Shown: positions 49,618-61,090 of the stretch, one piece after another
Layout of the letters: each line of letters opens with the position of its first letter
Numbering within the stretch: the first letter of the stretch is position 1
Position numbers and translations under genes: made by a program
Notes under the pieces: generated by a model
What the model saw: the letters and a program-made list of their open reading frames with translations, nothing else
What the model was told of the DNA's origin: nothing
Databases searched by the model: none
Assembly: GCA_020891255.1 (NCBI GenBank)
Contig: BQFW01000014.1
Location: 1,240,001 to 1,304,000 of the forward strand
Direction of reading: 5' to 3'
From: Entomortierella parvispora E1425
Lineage: Eukaryota > Fungi > Mortierellomycota
DNA length: 64,000 bases

Positions 49618-51583
49618 GGTTGGGAAGGGTATGTATATGTTGAGAGGAGAGGTTGTATTGGGAGAGGATGATGGCGATCAAGGTCGACTCTAGGGTATGT
49701 ATGATTATCGATCAGGGGTGGAGAGTGCTGACGATGAAGAGGATAGAGGGGAGAGCGTAAGAGAGTGGAGAAGAGAGGCGAACGACGGACAACGCATTCA
49801 CAGGCAAGTGGAGAGAGAGGAGAAGGTATGGAAGAAGGAAAGAGTGATAAGCGCGATGGTGGTGGTGGTGACGGTGGTGACGGTGGTGGCAAGGGTCGAC
49901 TTGAAGGAGAGAAGAGAAGGTTACTGCTATCAGTCGCACAGACGCTTCTGCTGTCAACGGGAGATGCAATGGTATGTTTGTTCGATGCCAAGGTGAAGGA
50001 GAAAAGCGAGAAAAGAGGGGAAGGAGACAAACAGGAATATGCTTTTATATGCAAAGGTGGGGAATATAAAAAGAAAGAAACAAGAAAGGATGAAAGAAGC
50101 GAGAAGCAAAGAAAGAGCAGACAGAAAAAGAAAGTGATCGCAGCCCACACCGCACAAACGGGTAATCCTCGGCCAGGGCCCTCGTTTTTCCATTCCAAGG
50201 CACCATTGCGCGATTAAAACGGATGATGAAATCCGCACCCCATATTGCCGATATGGTTTGCTTCACGGGAATAAGAACTCCCATTTGTATTTTTAAGCGG
50301 GGGGGAGATACACGACTCAGTCGGACTCAAGTCACTCGATGTCAAAGACACGCTCCCACCAATCCATGCTCTTCGATGCTCTGCTCTTCTGCGCCCCGTT
50401 CCCCCTTGAGTTCCGTTAATAATCAGCCAACGGGCGACTCCGGGGTTGTCTCGTACTGTCGAAGCTGCTTAGATATGATCAACGTGCTCCATGCTCATGC
50501 TGGTTCCTGTTCAATTACTCAATTTCTGGCTTTGATGCGCTCGCGCACACACCACACATGCACCCAAGTTCCGTGACAACCCTCCTGTGCGAGTCGAGTC
50601 CTTGTGGTTTCCACTTATCGTCACCCCCTCGTCCCTACCTCCTTCAGGCGAGAGTGAATGGACGTGATCCACACCACCTGGGGGGGGGGGGGTGGTCATA
50701 TTGAGCCGCGGCCTTTCTTGTCCCTCCCTCTCTCTCTCCTTGCACATGTACGACCCCTTTCGGCAATCTGACTGTGCAGGTGCCTATCTTCGGGAAAAGT
50801 TAAAAGAGTGCAGTTCGTTTGTGTTCCTGCGTTGGCACATCTGCACATCGAGAAATAGCGCAGTACCATCCTAACGGAGCAACATCAATTGACCATGTTC
50901 TTCCTGTTGCCAAAGTGTCAGTAGGACAAGTTTAGGAATGGAAGGATATGGACGTGTGTAGCGAAAACTAGAATCCATGAATCATTTGGACTCCCCCCTT
51001 CGACCCCCAGCAGCGATAAAGATCGCCGGGAAGTTCCTTTGGCGGGTGTACAATTTTCCATACAAGATAATTCAAAGTTTTTAGAGGCGCAAACACGTTT
51101 AGAGATTCGTGTCCTTTTCTTTTTCTCCTTTCCTCTAGCTTCCGCAGGCGCTCTCACTTGCGCTGTCGAGGCACATGCCACATTCTGCCTAGCCCATAAC
51201 GAGAGGCACTGACCTGGGAAGTCGGGTGAATTTTTTTAACCTTTACTATACGACCGACTGTATCCCATCAAAATAGAATCTATTCAATGAGACTACAGAG
51301 ACAAGATGGGCTTACCAATATTTGTTACTTCTCTCTGCTCGGGAGAGCGCCGAGACTGGCAGAGCAAAAGAGAAGAGTGCGTCCAAAGACACTGAAGATG
51401 GGTCATACATTATATAGCTTTTGCGATCATGGAATTCGGTGACATTATTCGCTCGAAATATGCTACTTGGCAGCAACTGCGACAGCGGCTTCTTCCCCGG
51501 CCGGAGATCTAGAGATCATGCATTGAACATCCATCCTTGTCATCACTCTCTACTCGCCCATCCCCACCCCACTCTTTCATACC

Positions 51584-52295
51584 ATGGCCGCCACCGCTGA
51601 TAGCTGGGAGTACCCCACCCAACGCAAATTCGACGATGTTGCCCCTCTTTCGGAGGTCGATCCCGAAGACAAGGCTGGTAAGGGACAGCCTAAATCTCCT
51701 TTTCAACAGGATTCATCGCGCGAAGGAACCCTTTCGATAGTCATCTCGTCAAACCGCCGACCGGAACACGACAAGAATGGGCAATGACGAGTCAATCTAC
51801 AGGAAGGACACGGGATTTGCTACAGAGAGCCAACGGAATGAGTTCGAGGAAGTTGCCATCAGCATGCTTTTTGTCTGTCATAGACCCGAGAAAGTTATTG
51901 ACGACACTTGGCCGGAGCTTCTGTGGAAGTACTGCCGGACCTCTTATCTCTTTACGGATCAAAATGACAGCATCGTGGATATCAGGGCTTTTTTTTTCTC
52001 TCTCAATGACTCTGAGGAAGCAGGACCAACACGCTACCCCCTGGAATGGCACATGGAATAACTTTTTTTATTTATCAACTTTTTAGCTGTCCTCCGTTCC
52101 CGTGCTCTTCACGTTCGCGAGTCCTGGATCCAGGCTATGGAGGGCCGCATCATTCAGGAGGAGTTGAAGAAGTGCCATCGCACCGAGGGTGTGAACCACT
52201 ACCAGAACTGCCGCCACTTGGTTGAGCTCTACATGACCGCTCTCAAGGAGAAGAGAGTCGAGGGCTGGAGAAAGGTTGACAACAAGTCTGCATAA
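51584..52295 (+). CDS. NDUFB10: NADH:ubiquinone oxidoreductase subunit NDUFB10 (PDSW/12 kDa)
   Basis: Exon 51584-51677, intron 51678-52086, then AVLRSRALHVRESWIQAMEGRIIQEELKKCHRTEGVNHYQNCRHLVELY..*; ends TAA 52293-52295. Confidence 0.92.
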
Positions 52296-52761
52296 ATGCG
52301 ATCGACTCGACAGGCACAAGAAAGCATCAACAAACAAACAACAACAACCCAATATCCCATACACCCCCATCACCAACACAACGAATAGACAACTTTCTGT
52401 TATCAGGAGGAGACATTTTTTTTCGACCTTCGGAATAACATTCAAGATCCCAGCCATTTGATCTGAGTGAACATGTTTCTCTCTGTCTTTGTGGTCATCA
52501 TCTTGAAGCAGGAAGCAGCCAGGAACTAAATAAAATTACAGCTGCGGCCTTTAGTAATCAAACAGCAAGAGACGAAGGACTTTTTTTTCATTCAGCCTCA
52601 AGTCTAGGAAATGTTCATGATATCAGGATGCAAAGGGGGGGGAGTGCGGGTATTCATTCTGTAATGATCTGGTCAAAAAAATTGGTCGATTTCTATGATC
52701 ATGTAGGAAACAAGGAGCAGAAGCTCATGTTAGTAAAGATGAAGCTGGTCTTTGCAGTCAG

Positions 52762-55700
52762 CTAATGAGTGGTCATCCTCTTACCGCTATAGCCGACAAG
52801 TCGTGAAGTGGGTATACGCAGATATGTCAAGGAGTAAAGCCCAAAAATGCACATTGATAATCCGACTGTCAGCATGTACGGGGCACCATCGACACCTGCA
52901 TTTGTAACAGCAGAGCAATTAATAGGGATAAAACATGTAGCGGAATTCTCACTCAATTTTTTTTTCTTACCAGAGGGTCCACACCAGTTTCCGTGGGCCT
53001 GATAATTGTCTTCACAAAATTGCAAATCTTGACAGTGATATTCAGCGCAAAGGCCGCCTCCAAGGACACTAACAAGCCCTCCAATGGTGACTAGAACCAT
53101 CATCAGGCGTGACCCCCAACGTGCGTTGATCTCGTAAACGGCAACATGGCTCTTTTGCATGAACTGGTTGGACCCCTTCTCATCTTCTTCTCCTGCAACA
53201 AAATACTCGCCCTCTTCGTAATCTTCATCGTCTTTCTTTTCCTCCTCATTATCGTCTTCGACTTCGGTGGTTTCATCTTCGTTGATGCTTTCATTACCGT
53301 CGTCTGATTCTCCTTGAGAGTCATAAATGCAGGTACTGCGGTGACGATCTGAAATCCCCAAATAGCTTTCTGGAGAAATAAACGATATTGCTGGTATGGC
53401 ACGGATAGGAGAATCTGGGGCGAGCAGAGCTGGGGGGACCTCGGTCGAAACGATAATACCGGAAGGAAGCGTCGTTCCTGGAGCTAGAGCAGCTGACGAC
53501 CCCTGCGTGATATTTCTTGGGGGTCCCCCAACAATGCCACCGATTTCATAAGAGACCAAAGAATAAGGAAAGAGGATGGAAGAAGAATCGCGCTTCCAAG
53601 AAGTGGTTGTTGTGGTTGTTGCCGGAAGACTATTGCTGGTCGTTGGTGGGGTATTGGCTGCTGTTGCGGACGAAGCGAGCTGCATGGAGGGCGAGGGGGA
53701 GGTCGCCAAGGTCTGATGCGATCTGGGCCTGTGGCCAGAAAGAGGCTTTCGTGTTTGGAAATGAAGTGTGTGTCGGAAAGGGGAGGAGGAGGAAGAGGAA
53801 GGTGACATTTTTGTGCGGCCCTGCGCTCTGGAGGGTGAGGATATGGACGACGATGATGAGGTTGAATCCGACATGTCAGATATTGTAGAATCCCTACTAG
53901 AGGATCTGGACGAGATTGCAAATGCAGGCCTTGGCTTTTTGAAAAAGAAGGACGATGAGGATTCTATCAATGCAGGTAGAAATCTTGGAGGAGTATACAT
54001 AGATTGGCGGTTGTTGGAAGATGCTGGAGGTGGGGAGGATGAGATATGTCGACTAACGGGATGTGATACAAGGTTTCGTTGGTGACCTTGCTTCGAGGAT
54101 GGCAGTTGTTGCAGAAGAGGGTTGGTACTTGCAGTCTTTTCTACAACGGCATTAGTAAGAGCAGAGCACGAAGTCGATCCTTCCAGAGTCGTGCTTTGAA
54201 GCCCTCCCTTTTTTAAGACTGGGAGGGGCGCTGATGGGACCGACCCTAGTCCATGGAATGTCCTCGCATTGTCGTTGGCGCTCAAAGTCGAGAGGTGTCG
54301 CCATGGGATTGGTACCGATAACGGCTCTCTCCACATCTCCAGCTGCTGACTCTGGTGACGGCGACGCTTTGAAAACTCGACAGGCACGGGTTGCAAGGTT
54401 GGTCCTACTAATTTCGTTCCTCCTTGCGAGTTTCCCAGGTGATTTGTAGCGGCTCCAGCTGGGATGAGGACCGATTGCGGCCTCGCTGGTAAGCGCACGA
54501 GGTTTCTCTTTGTCTTTGGGGTTGAAGGTGTCGCGTTGGAAAGAAAGACTGGTTCGATGGACGCGTAAAATCCTGAACCCAGCGAGAGCCTGTTGCTTTT
54601 CTTTGAATGGCTAACCTCGCGTTTTCCTGACGAGACTGGAAATAGGGTATGATTATTGTTGAGATTGAGGTGGCCCCGGAGGTTGCTGTTGCCGCCAGAA
54701 ATGGATCTGATTCCGGTGGCGGAATGGGGTTTCGTCTGAGGCTGACGGGAGCTGTCGACTTCTGGGTCTATTTGGATGCGGACGCTTTTACTGGCGACAC
54801 GTTCTTTCGCTGTGGGGGTTGCCTGAGTGAACAAGTCCTTTGTCAGAGCTGGGTAGGCTCCAGCTGACCGAGCATCCACCGTGCATGGATTTGAGTGCTC
54901 AGCTTTGGAGGTCGAGTAGGTTGTCTGCTGGAATGACTCTATGGGCTCGCCAAGAACCGGCGACTCCCAGATGACCTGGGACCAAGGGCGAGGTCTTTGA
55001 GTGCCTCTTTTTGCTGATTCAGAACTACCGAATCCAGTCGCTGGAGGATTTAAACTGGAGCTGAATGTAGATGCGGACAGAGGATGGTCCAAAGACTGAT
55101 CTGATTTCAGCAAAGCTGCATCCGTATTGGATAGGGTAGGCAAGGATTGAGCCAAGAGGCCTTGAGATGTTACGCCTTGGAACACAGAGACACTTTCATC
55201 CTCCCGTTTGTTATCAAGCTGTTCGATATGATCAACATCGTGCTCTTTCTGAACGGACGTCGATTTCTTTGATTGGAAATCTGGCCAAAATATGGATCGG
55301 CGCGTTGTGGGTTGTGCTGCTGGCCCGGCGGAAGAATGGCTGTTCTTGATAACGGAAGGGAATCGAGGGACTATACGAATTGAGGAGGGTTGACTACTAG
55401 CAATGTTCTCAATGGCAGTCTGCCCAGCGTTGACACCATCGTCCTCGTAGTCAAGATCGTCGTCATCCTCATCTTCGTCCACATCATCAAAGTCAGCTTC
55501 GTAAGACACTGGTTTCTTTGAAGATTCAAAAAAGTTCTTGGAGAAGCGCCAGCCCTGCACTGCAACACGAGGATTCAAAATGGGATGACTGACTGTTGAA
55601 TGGCTTTCGGTCGAAAGAGAGTCGGTTGTGTTCTGCTGATGTGGCTGTGGCGATGGAGGCGATGTTGATTGAGGAGCAAACGATACCGTGGACGCAGTAA

Positions 55701-55860
55701 GAGGCAATGGTGTTATTGAATCGGCTACAAAGGAAGATGTCGAAGGATCGAGTGCAGGATGGTGTGGTCGCCGTGCTCGAGCCGAGGAGCCTCTGGTCTG
55801 TTGGCGAATGGGATTCTTTTTTCTCTTGTTGGCGGACCAAGAATCGTAATAGTCGGGCAT
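52762..55860 (-). CDS. Uncharacterised 1032-aa protein: long disordered S/P/R-rich region, then two C-terminal TM helices flanking a 6-Cys loop
   Basis: Uninterrupted 3.1-kb ORF from an ATG; hydrophobic segments LMMVLVTIGGLVSVLGGGL and YMLTVGLSMCIFGLYSLTYL. Confidence 0.75.
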   Translation of the reverse strand: MPDYYDSWSANKRKKNPIRQQTRGSSARARRPHHPALDPSTSSFVADSITPLPLTASTVSFAPQSTSPPSPQPHQQNTTDSLSTESHSTVSHPILNPRVAVQGWRFSKNFFESSKKPVSYEADFDDVDEDEDDDDLDYEDDGVNAGQTAIENIASSQPSSIRIVPRFPSVIKNSHSSAGPAAQPTTRRSIFWPDFQSKKSTSVQKEHDVDHIEQLDNKREDESVSVFQGVTSQGLLAQSLPTLSNTDAALLKSDQSLDHPLSASTFSSSLNPPATGFGSSESAKRGTQRPRPWSQVIWESPVLGEPIESFQQTTYSTSKAEHSNPCTVDARSAGAYPALTKDLFTQATPTAKERVASKSVRIQIDPEVDSSRQPQTKPHSATGIRSISGGNSNLRGHLNLNNNHTLFPVSSGKREVSHSKKSNRLSLGSGFYASIEPVFLSNATPSTPKTKRNLVRLPARPQSVLIPAGAATNHLGNSQGGTKLVGPTLQPVPVEFSKRRRHQSQQLEMWREPLSVPIPWRHLSTLSANDNARTFHGLGSVPSAPLPVLKKGGLQSTTLEGSTSCSALTNAVVEKTASTNPLLQQLPSSKQGHQRNLVSHPVSRHISSSPPPASSNNRQSMYTPPRFLPALIESSSSFFFKKPRPAFAISSRSSSRDSTISDMSDSTSSSSSISSPSRAQGRTKMSPSSSSSSPFRHTLHFQTRKPLSGHRPRSHQTLATSPSPSMQLASSATAANTPPTTSNSLPATTTTTTSWKRDSSSILFPYSLVSYEIGGIVGGPPRNITQGSSAALAPGTTLPSGIIVSTEVPPALLAPDSPIRAIPAISFISPESYLGISDRHRSTCIYDSQGESDDGNESINEDETTEVEDDNEEEKKDDEDYEEGEYFVAGEEDEKGSNQFMQKSHVAVYEINARWGSRLMMVLVTIGGLVSVLGGGLCAEYHCQDLQFCEDNYQAHGNWCGPSGKKKKLSENSATCFIPINCSAVTNAGVDGAPYMLTVGLSMCIFGLYSLTYLRIPTSRLVGYSGKRMTTH

Positions 55861-56930
55861 AGCGTTAGTAGAATGGAGGAAGTCAAGGTATCGGCGGAAA
55901 GTGTGTGTGAACAGCGGTTACGATGAATGTGAAAGAATGGTGCTTGAGAAAAAAGTAAAGCGGCCAGAGGAGGATCCATTGGGACTCGCATGGCAGATGA
56001 ATACATTGTCGTCATTGAGCCGACAGGAGAGATCAAATTGTGAGCAAATGTGTCGAAGATGATCCACTCTGGAGACGCGTCGTTTGGGAGCAACCTGGAC
56101 CCAAGGACGGGCGAGAATCTAGTCACCCAAGGACAAGGATCATTCTCTGTCAATCGAGAGAAGGGCCGAAATGGGCAAGATTGGAATATTAGAGTTTTTT
56201 CGGGTTCCTGGGACGCATCCATTCATCCTAGTTTTGTGAGGGAAGGTAGCCCATTGCAATTGTGCCCGTACCTGGACTAAGTGGACAGTCAAGGCTAAAG
56301 GGAGAGGGGTTACGAGTCGATGATGGCTCGCGCTGTCATGTCAACGTGGGTTCAATAACCGACAACAAGCCCAGAAGAGCCGACGCGCGTGGCTCTCGTG
56401 GCCAGGCCATTCCCGGCACTGAGCAACAAGACGAGCCGAGATAAGCCCTGCAGAGAAAGGAGAGCACTGCGGTTATTTCGGGCGCGCAGAAACAAAGGCA
56501 AGCGAAGGAAAGAAGGGAAAGAAAGATGGGAAGCAACTATTTTTGCATCAAGACAGACATCTTCTGGCTCTGAATTAAGCGTGGCACAGAGAGAACTCCA
56601 AAAAAAAAAAAAAAAAAAAAAAAAGGCAGATCTGCATCCATCCATTCATCCATTCATTCATTCATTCATCTATCCATCCCCTCCTTTCATCCCCTCCTCC
56701 CTCTCGCCCATACCCCCCCTTCCTTTCATTGCTTGGTCCCTCACCCCCTCGCTGCTTGCCCTTATCTCTCTGTCGTTTCATGCCCACAGCTTCCTCCTTC
56801 CCTCTCTCCTCACACCCACGGACCCAGTCTGGACCCCACTTGGACAAGCAAGTTTAAGCGCAACAGACCCTACACACCAGTCCAGTGAACTTTCGGCGCG
56901 AGTGCTCAACCTCTACACCGCGGATTTAGA

Positions 56931-59037
56931 ATGGTGCACAAGGGCATGGCCCACGACGACGATGAGCCACTGCTGCCTCTCATGGACCATGACTCTGTCC
57001 GAATGAAGGAGATTCACCAGACCCATCACAGCGATATTCTCAAGTCGACAAAGCTGTCAGGGTCAACTGCACATGATTCTATATCCTCATCAGGACCAGA
57101 AGACCCTGAGCATCCACACCACCATAATAATCATCATGACCACAGTCATGGACACAGCCATGGACACGCTGGAAGTCTTTCAAAAAGGCCTTCCAACTCT
57201 ATGGAAAGCAACGACGAGGATCAAATGTATCTTGCAGAGGATCACGACGATGACGACGAGCCACTGTCGCTTGAAGCCCTCAAGGCAGCAGCAAAGGACA
57301 AGATGAGACTCAAGATTGCCATTGGACTTTGTTCAACGTTTTTCTGCGTGGAGTTGGCTGGAGGTCTATGGTCAGAGTCACTAGCTCTTCTGAGCGACTC
57401 GTTTCATCTACTCACAGGTAACGGAGGCGAGCAGCGACGTGCTTTTAGTGCAGATGCGAACCGACAAAGTAGGCACCATACAGAGATGGACATTAATGCG
57501 CTCGCTTGCTTGCTTCCGAATAGACATCACATCGTTTATAATCTCGATGGCAGCCATCTACCTGTCTCATCAACCTCCAACAGCAACTCATACATTTGGA
57601 TACCATCGTGCCGAGGTTCTTGGAGCCCTCTTTTCTATCTTCTTGATCTGGGGCCTGACGTTACTACTTGTAATTGAGGCGTGTGATCGTGTACGACATC
57701 CAGTTGATGTGGATGGCAAAACAATGTCTGTCATTGCCGGTCTAGGAGTCTTTGTCAATGTCCTGTAAGTGGAAAACAGGAAACATGAGATGACACGGGA
57801 GCTCGGAATCTGTTTGCTGTTTTTGATATTAGAGACAAACGGGATATGGACTTACATTCCTATTTTTTTCTTCTCCCCCCCCCCCCTTAGTTTGATGTTT
57901 GTCCTTGGAGGACACCACCATCACCATGGAGACGATGACCATGAGCATGGACACGAACACGGGCATGGACATGACCATGCGCACGGACATGAACACGGGC
58001 ACGGGCACGGGCACGGCTCTGGTAGTCAGGACCATGATCCGTTACACAACGAGGAAGATAACGAACAGGATGATGACCTCGACCATGATCACAACGGACA
58101 CAAGGCTATTCCTCAGCATGATCACGACCATCATAACAGTGGCTCCTCAACACAAGCTCACAATCATCATCATCATCACCCTCATTCTCATGTCAATCTT
58201 AACATGACCGCCGCCACCCTGCATGTTCTCGGCGACCTATTGTCCTCCATCGGAGTCCTGATATCGTCCTTGGTGATCACCTTCTTTCCATCCATGACCT
58301 ATTTGGATCCAATTTGTACTTTTATCTTTTCTATCCTGGTGATATGCACAACAATTGGGGTTTTCAAGCGCTCAGTCTCGATTCTGATGGAGCGCGTCCC
58401 TCAAGGCATTAACACGGAGGAGGTCCGAGAAGCTATCTGCGATATCCCTGGCGTGCTGGAGGTCAAGACCCTGCATATCTGGAGTCTTACAATCGGCCAG
58501 TCTGCCATGGCTGGAACTTTATACCTGCAGCCAGAGATCAAGGATGTTAAAAGGGCCTCCGCCATCGTAAAAAGAGCCAGGGCGATGTTGCGGACACGAT
58601 ATAGGATCCGGGAGTCGACCCTTCAGATAGAGATGTACGCTCCACATGGCAGATCTAGGGCTACTGCAGGGACGTCTGGACCATTGTCTTCCATATCTCT
58701 ACATCGACATGCGCCAGCAAGTTCCAGAAGCTCATTCTCCGGATCTACAGCAACAACAGCCATGAATGGAAGGACGACTGCGATAGATACATTAGCACGC
58801 CATGATCAGGATATCATCTTTTCTCTAGAGGATGAAAACGACCGCGACTATGACTTGGATCGTGGCTCTCACAGTTCGCACCTGCACGCTGATATTGATC
58901 GAGCAGGCACCCCTCTTAGCCGCTATAAAGAGAACCGGAGCGTCTTGACTCCAAACGAAGAGGACGAGAGTGAGGACGAGATGGAGCAAGAGACCATCCA
59001 GCTTCACCCAGAACAGCAGCCTCACCGATGGGCGTAA
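56931..59037 (+). CDS. Cation diffusion facilitator (ZnT/SLC30, ZRC1/COT1-like) zinc transporter, His-rich
   Basis: Introns 57418-57523 and 57765-57890; SLALLSDSFHLLTD, HTFGYHRAEVLGAL, NMTAATLHVLGDLLSSIGV, YLDPICT, TLHIWSLT motifs; His-rich N-terminus and loop. Confidence 0.93.
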
Positions 59038-59039
59038 TC

Positions 59040-59300
59040 TTGTGGACCATTGTCTGCATTACAGGGCCCCCTTATGCCGCCCCCCTCGAATGAGTGAGCA
59101 CGTGACAAGAAGACCCCACAGTGGTGTGTATTTCCGGATACACGAAATTTTGGTTTGAGACCATTAAAACTCCCTCGGCTTTTTGCTGAGGTCTTGGGGA
59201 CCGTCCGAGTGGGTTCTTCTCTTACGAAATAAAGGAGGAGAGCTGATACTGGTGCTCGTCCTTGCAGAACTGCCACTGGTGCTGCCACTTGCCATTGCCG
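59040..59300 (-). ncRNA. Candidate Fanzor omegaRNA (scaffold plus flank-derived guide); boundaries unknown
   Basis: Inferred from position at the 3' end of the Fanzor gene. Hairpins at 59173-59191 (CCTCAGC-AAAAA-GCCGAGG, 6/7 paired) and 59126-59143 (GTGTAT-CCGGAA-ATACAC); AAGACC/GGTCTT complementarity between 59195-59190 and 59115-59110. Confidence 0.4.
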
Positions 59301-60898
59301 GGCTGTCATTAGTTACAGTAGCTGCGTTGTTGCTAGAGTCGCTGATTCCACTTGCGGATGAAGTGGAGCCCACAGTCTTATCCTCCCAGGGGTAACGACC
59401 ATCGGCCGCCACTGGCTGCAAGTAACGTGGTCTGCTTTGGTGCTCCAAATGTCGCTGAGCAACATTCATCATATTTTGTGCCGCCATCACGTCCCTGTGA
59501 TAAAACCGTTGACAGTGCGGGCAATACAACTGGCGTAGGGTCACTTGAGCTACAAACTTTTCGCAGTTGGGGCACTTTTTTGAGGAGTAAAACTCGTTGA
59601 TCCCGACGACAATATACCCTAATGACCTCGCCTAGATAGTATCAGCAGGAGGATAGAATACATTAGTTATAATACCACGAACAGGGATTCACATTTCAAA
59701 CCGGTATACTTACCAGAGGTATAAAAAAGTCCAGGAAGGAAGAATGCAGCGAGGACAATCTGCCGGTGCTTTTGAATTGTCCAAGTCCCACGGCAATGAG
59801 GACGTGGTTTGTTGGTTTCCGATGCTCTCCTAGACTCCCTCCGACTATACCAAGTAGTCTGGCTGCAATGGCCTGAAACTCCATTTTCTGTGCCCGCCTC
59901 AGATCCCACTGGTGCTTCTTAAACCGGTGCCTCCTTCCTCCATAGAAGTTCAACAGACGCTCTTCCACTGTCCCCTCATCTCCCTCCACAAGGTGTGGGC
60001 CAACCTCTTTAGTCTGCAGGTATTTGTGGTAGTTGGCGACACTTGCTGAATGGCCACGAAGAGGCGGAAGACTCGACTCCATATCAGTGATTGATTGGGC
60101 TTGACCTTCTACTTTTGACCTCTTTTCTTCCTCTTGCCATCGTCTATGGCGGAAGGCTGGTTGGTAAGCGGCTTTTTGATTGACTGCGAGGTTGTAATGG
60201 GCGTGGGGGTCCTCGGGCAAATAGGCATACGCGCCTACAACAAACGCCTGCCCTGCGTCCAATGTCAATATTTTGACGTCTTTGGCTTTAGCGCCGGGAA
60301 ATAGGCGCTCGACATCATCTGAAGTTCGAATGACGTTGCGAATTTCAGTCAAGAAGTAGTCTGTACCCCCTAACGTACTTGTTATCCTTTCCGGCAGAAG
60401 GTCCGGGGAGAGCCTCCGGTATCGGACAGCTTGCAGCTCCTTCAGCTTAAACACCAACAGTTGAATTCCAAAGCCATCTGTCCGCACTATACCACGTGAG
60501 ATATAGCCGTCCTCATTGTACGACTTCGGATCGAATCCTGGTTGGTCAAACTGTTCCAGGTGCTCCCTAAGAGTTGCTATGGACTTCAACTTGATTTTGG
60601 CACGAGAGCTCGACCTTGCCTTTTTGCTACTGCTTGAGCTGATGTCTGCGATATAGTTGTTGATGAAAAAGCCTGGGGTCTTGGTCCCAATCCAGATCTG
60701 GATCTCGGGCAAGGTCCTGAAAAATCCATCCTTGCCAGCCAAATCCAGCAGGTTCTTCTTCAAAAGTCCTCCTCTCTTGTAAAAGAATCCTGCCAATTCG
60801 CGCTCGCTAAAATCGAGGTTTGGCTGGTCTGATGAGGTTATTGGGACGATTCGTCTGGGATTTGTAAGATGTTTGTTGAGGGCAAGATAGTTTTCAAT
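59164..60898 (-). CDS. Fanzor1-type RNA-guided RuvC endonuclease (TnpB-like), C-terminal part downstream of the Harbinger insertion
   Basis: Exons 60898-59714 and 59631-59164 (intron 59713-59632, GTAAGT..CTAG, phase 0). RuvC-I KILTLDAGQ, IAVGLGQF, RuvC-II GINEFYSSKK, zinc finger CPNC..CPHC, RuvC-III HRDVMAAQNM; bipartite NLS-like RKRRTHSDGPQDLSKKPR. Confidence 0.88.
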
Positions 60899-60933
60899 AG
60901 ACGTTTTTCGCAACCCGAAAACCACGCCCAATT
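60899..60933 (+). repeat. Harbinger left terminal inverted repeat
   Basis: AGACGTTTTTCGCAACCCGAAAACCACGCCCAATT. Confidence 0.93.
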
Positions 60934-61090
60934 TTACGTAAATAATCAAATAAAGAGGTTGGGTCATCAATTTAGCGAGGTTGAACTCTATTTCAACGTA
61001 AATTTCTGCTCAAAAGTACGCCGAGGGACGTTCTTTCTGAAGGAAAAACCGTGTGGCTTGTATGTGAAAAAAACGCGCATCGCGTTCGAG

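Noticed and set aside
51783-52015. Box C/D snoRNA in the 409-nt NDUFB10 intron (ATGACGA ... CTGA with GAGTCA/TGACTC pairing)
   Set aside because: The C box is imperfect, there is no outer terminal stem, and the sequence before the D box is a polypyrimidine tract with no evident rRNA complementarity. A snoscan/Infernal search would be needed.
59110-59143. Hairpin as a Helitron 3' terminus
   Set aside because: No CTRR end follows it at the expected distance on the minus strand; the carrier element type cannot be assigned from this window.
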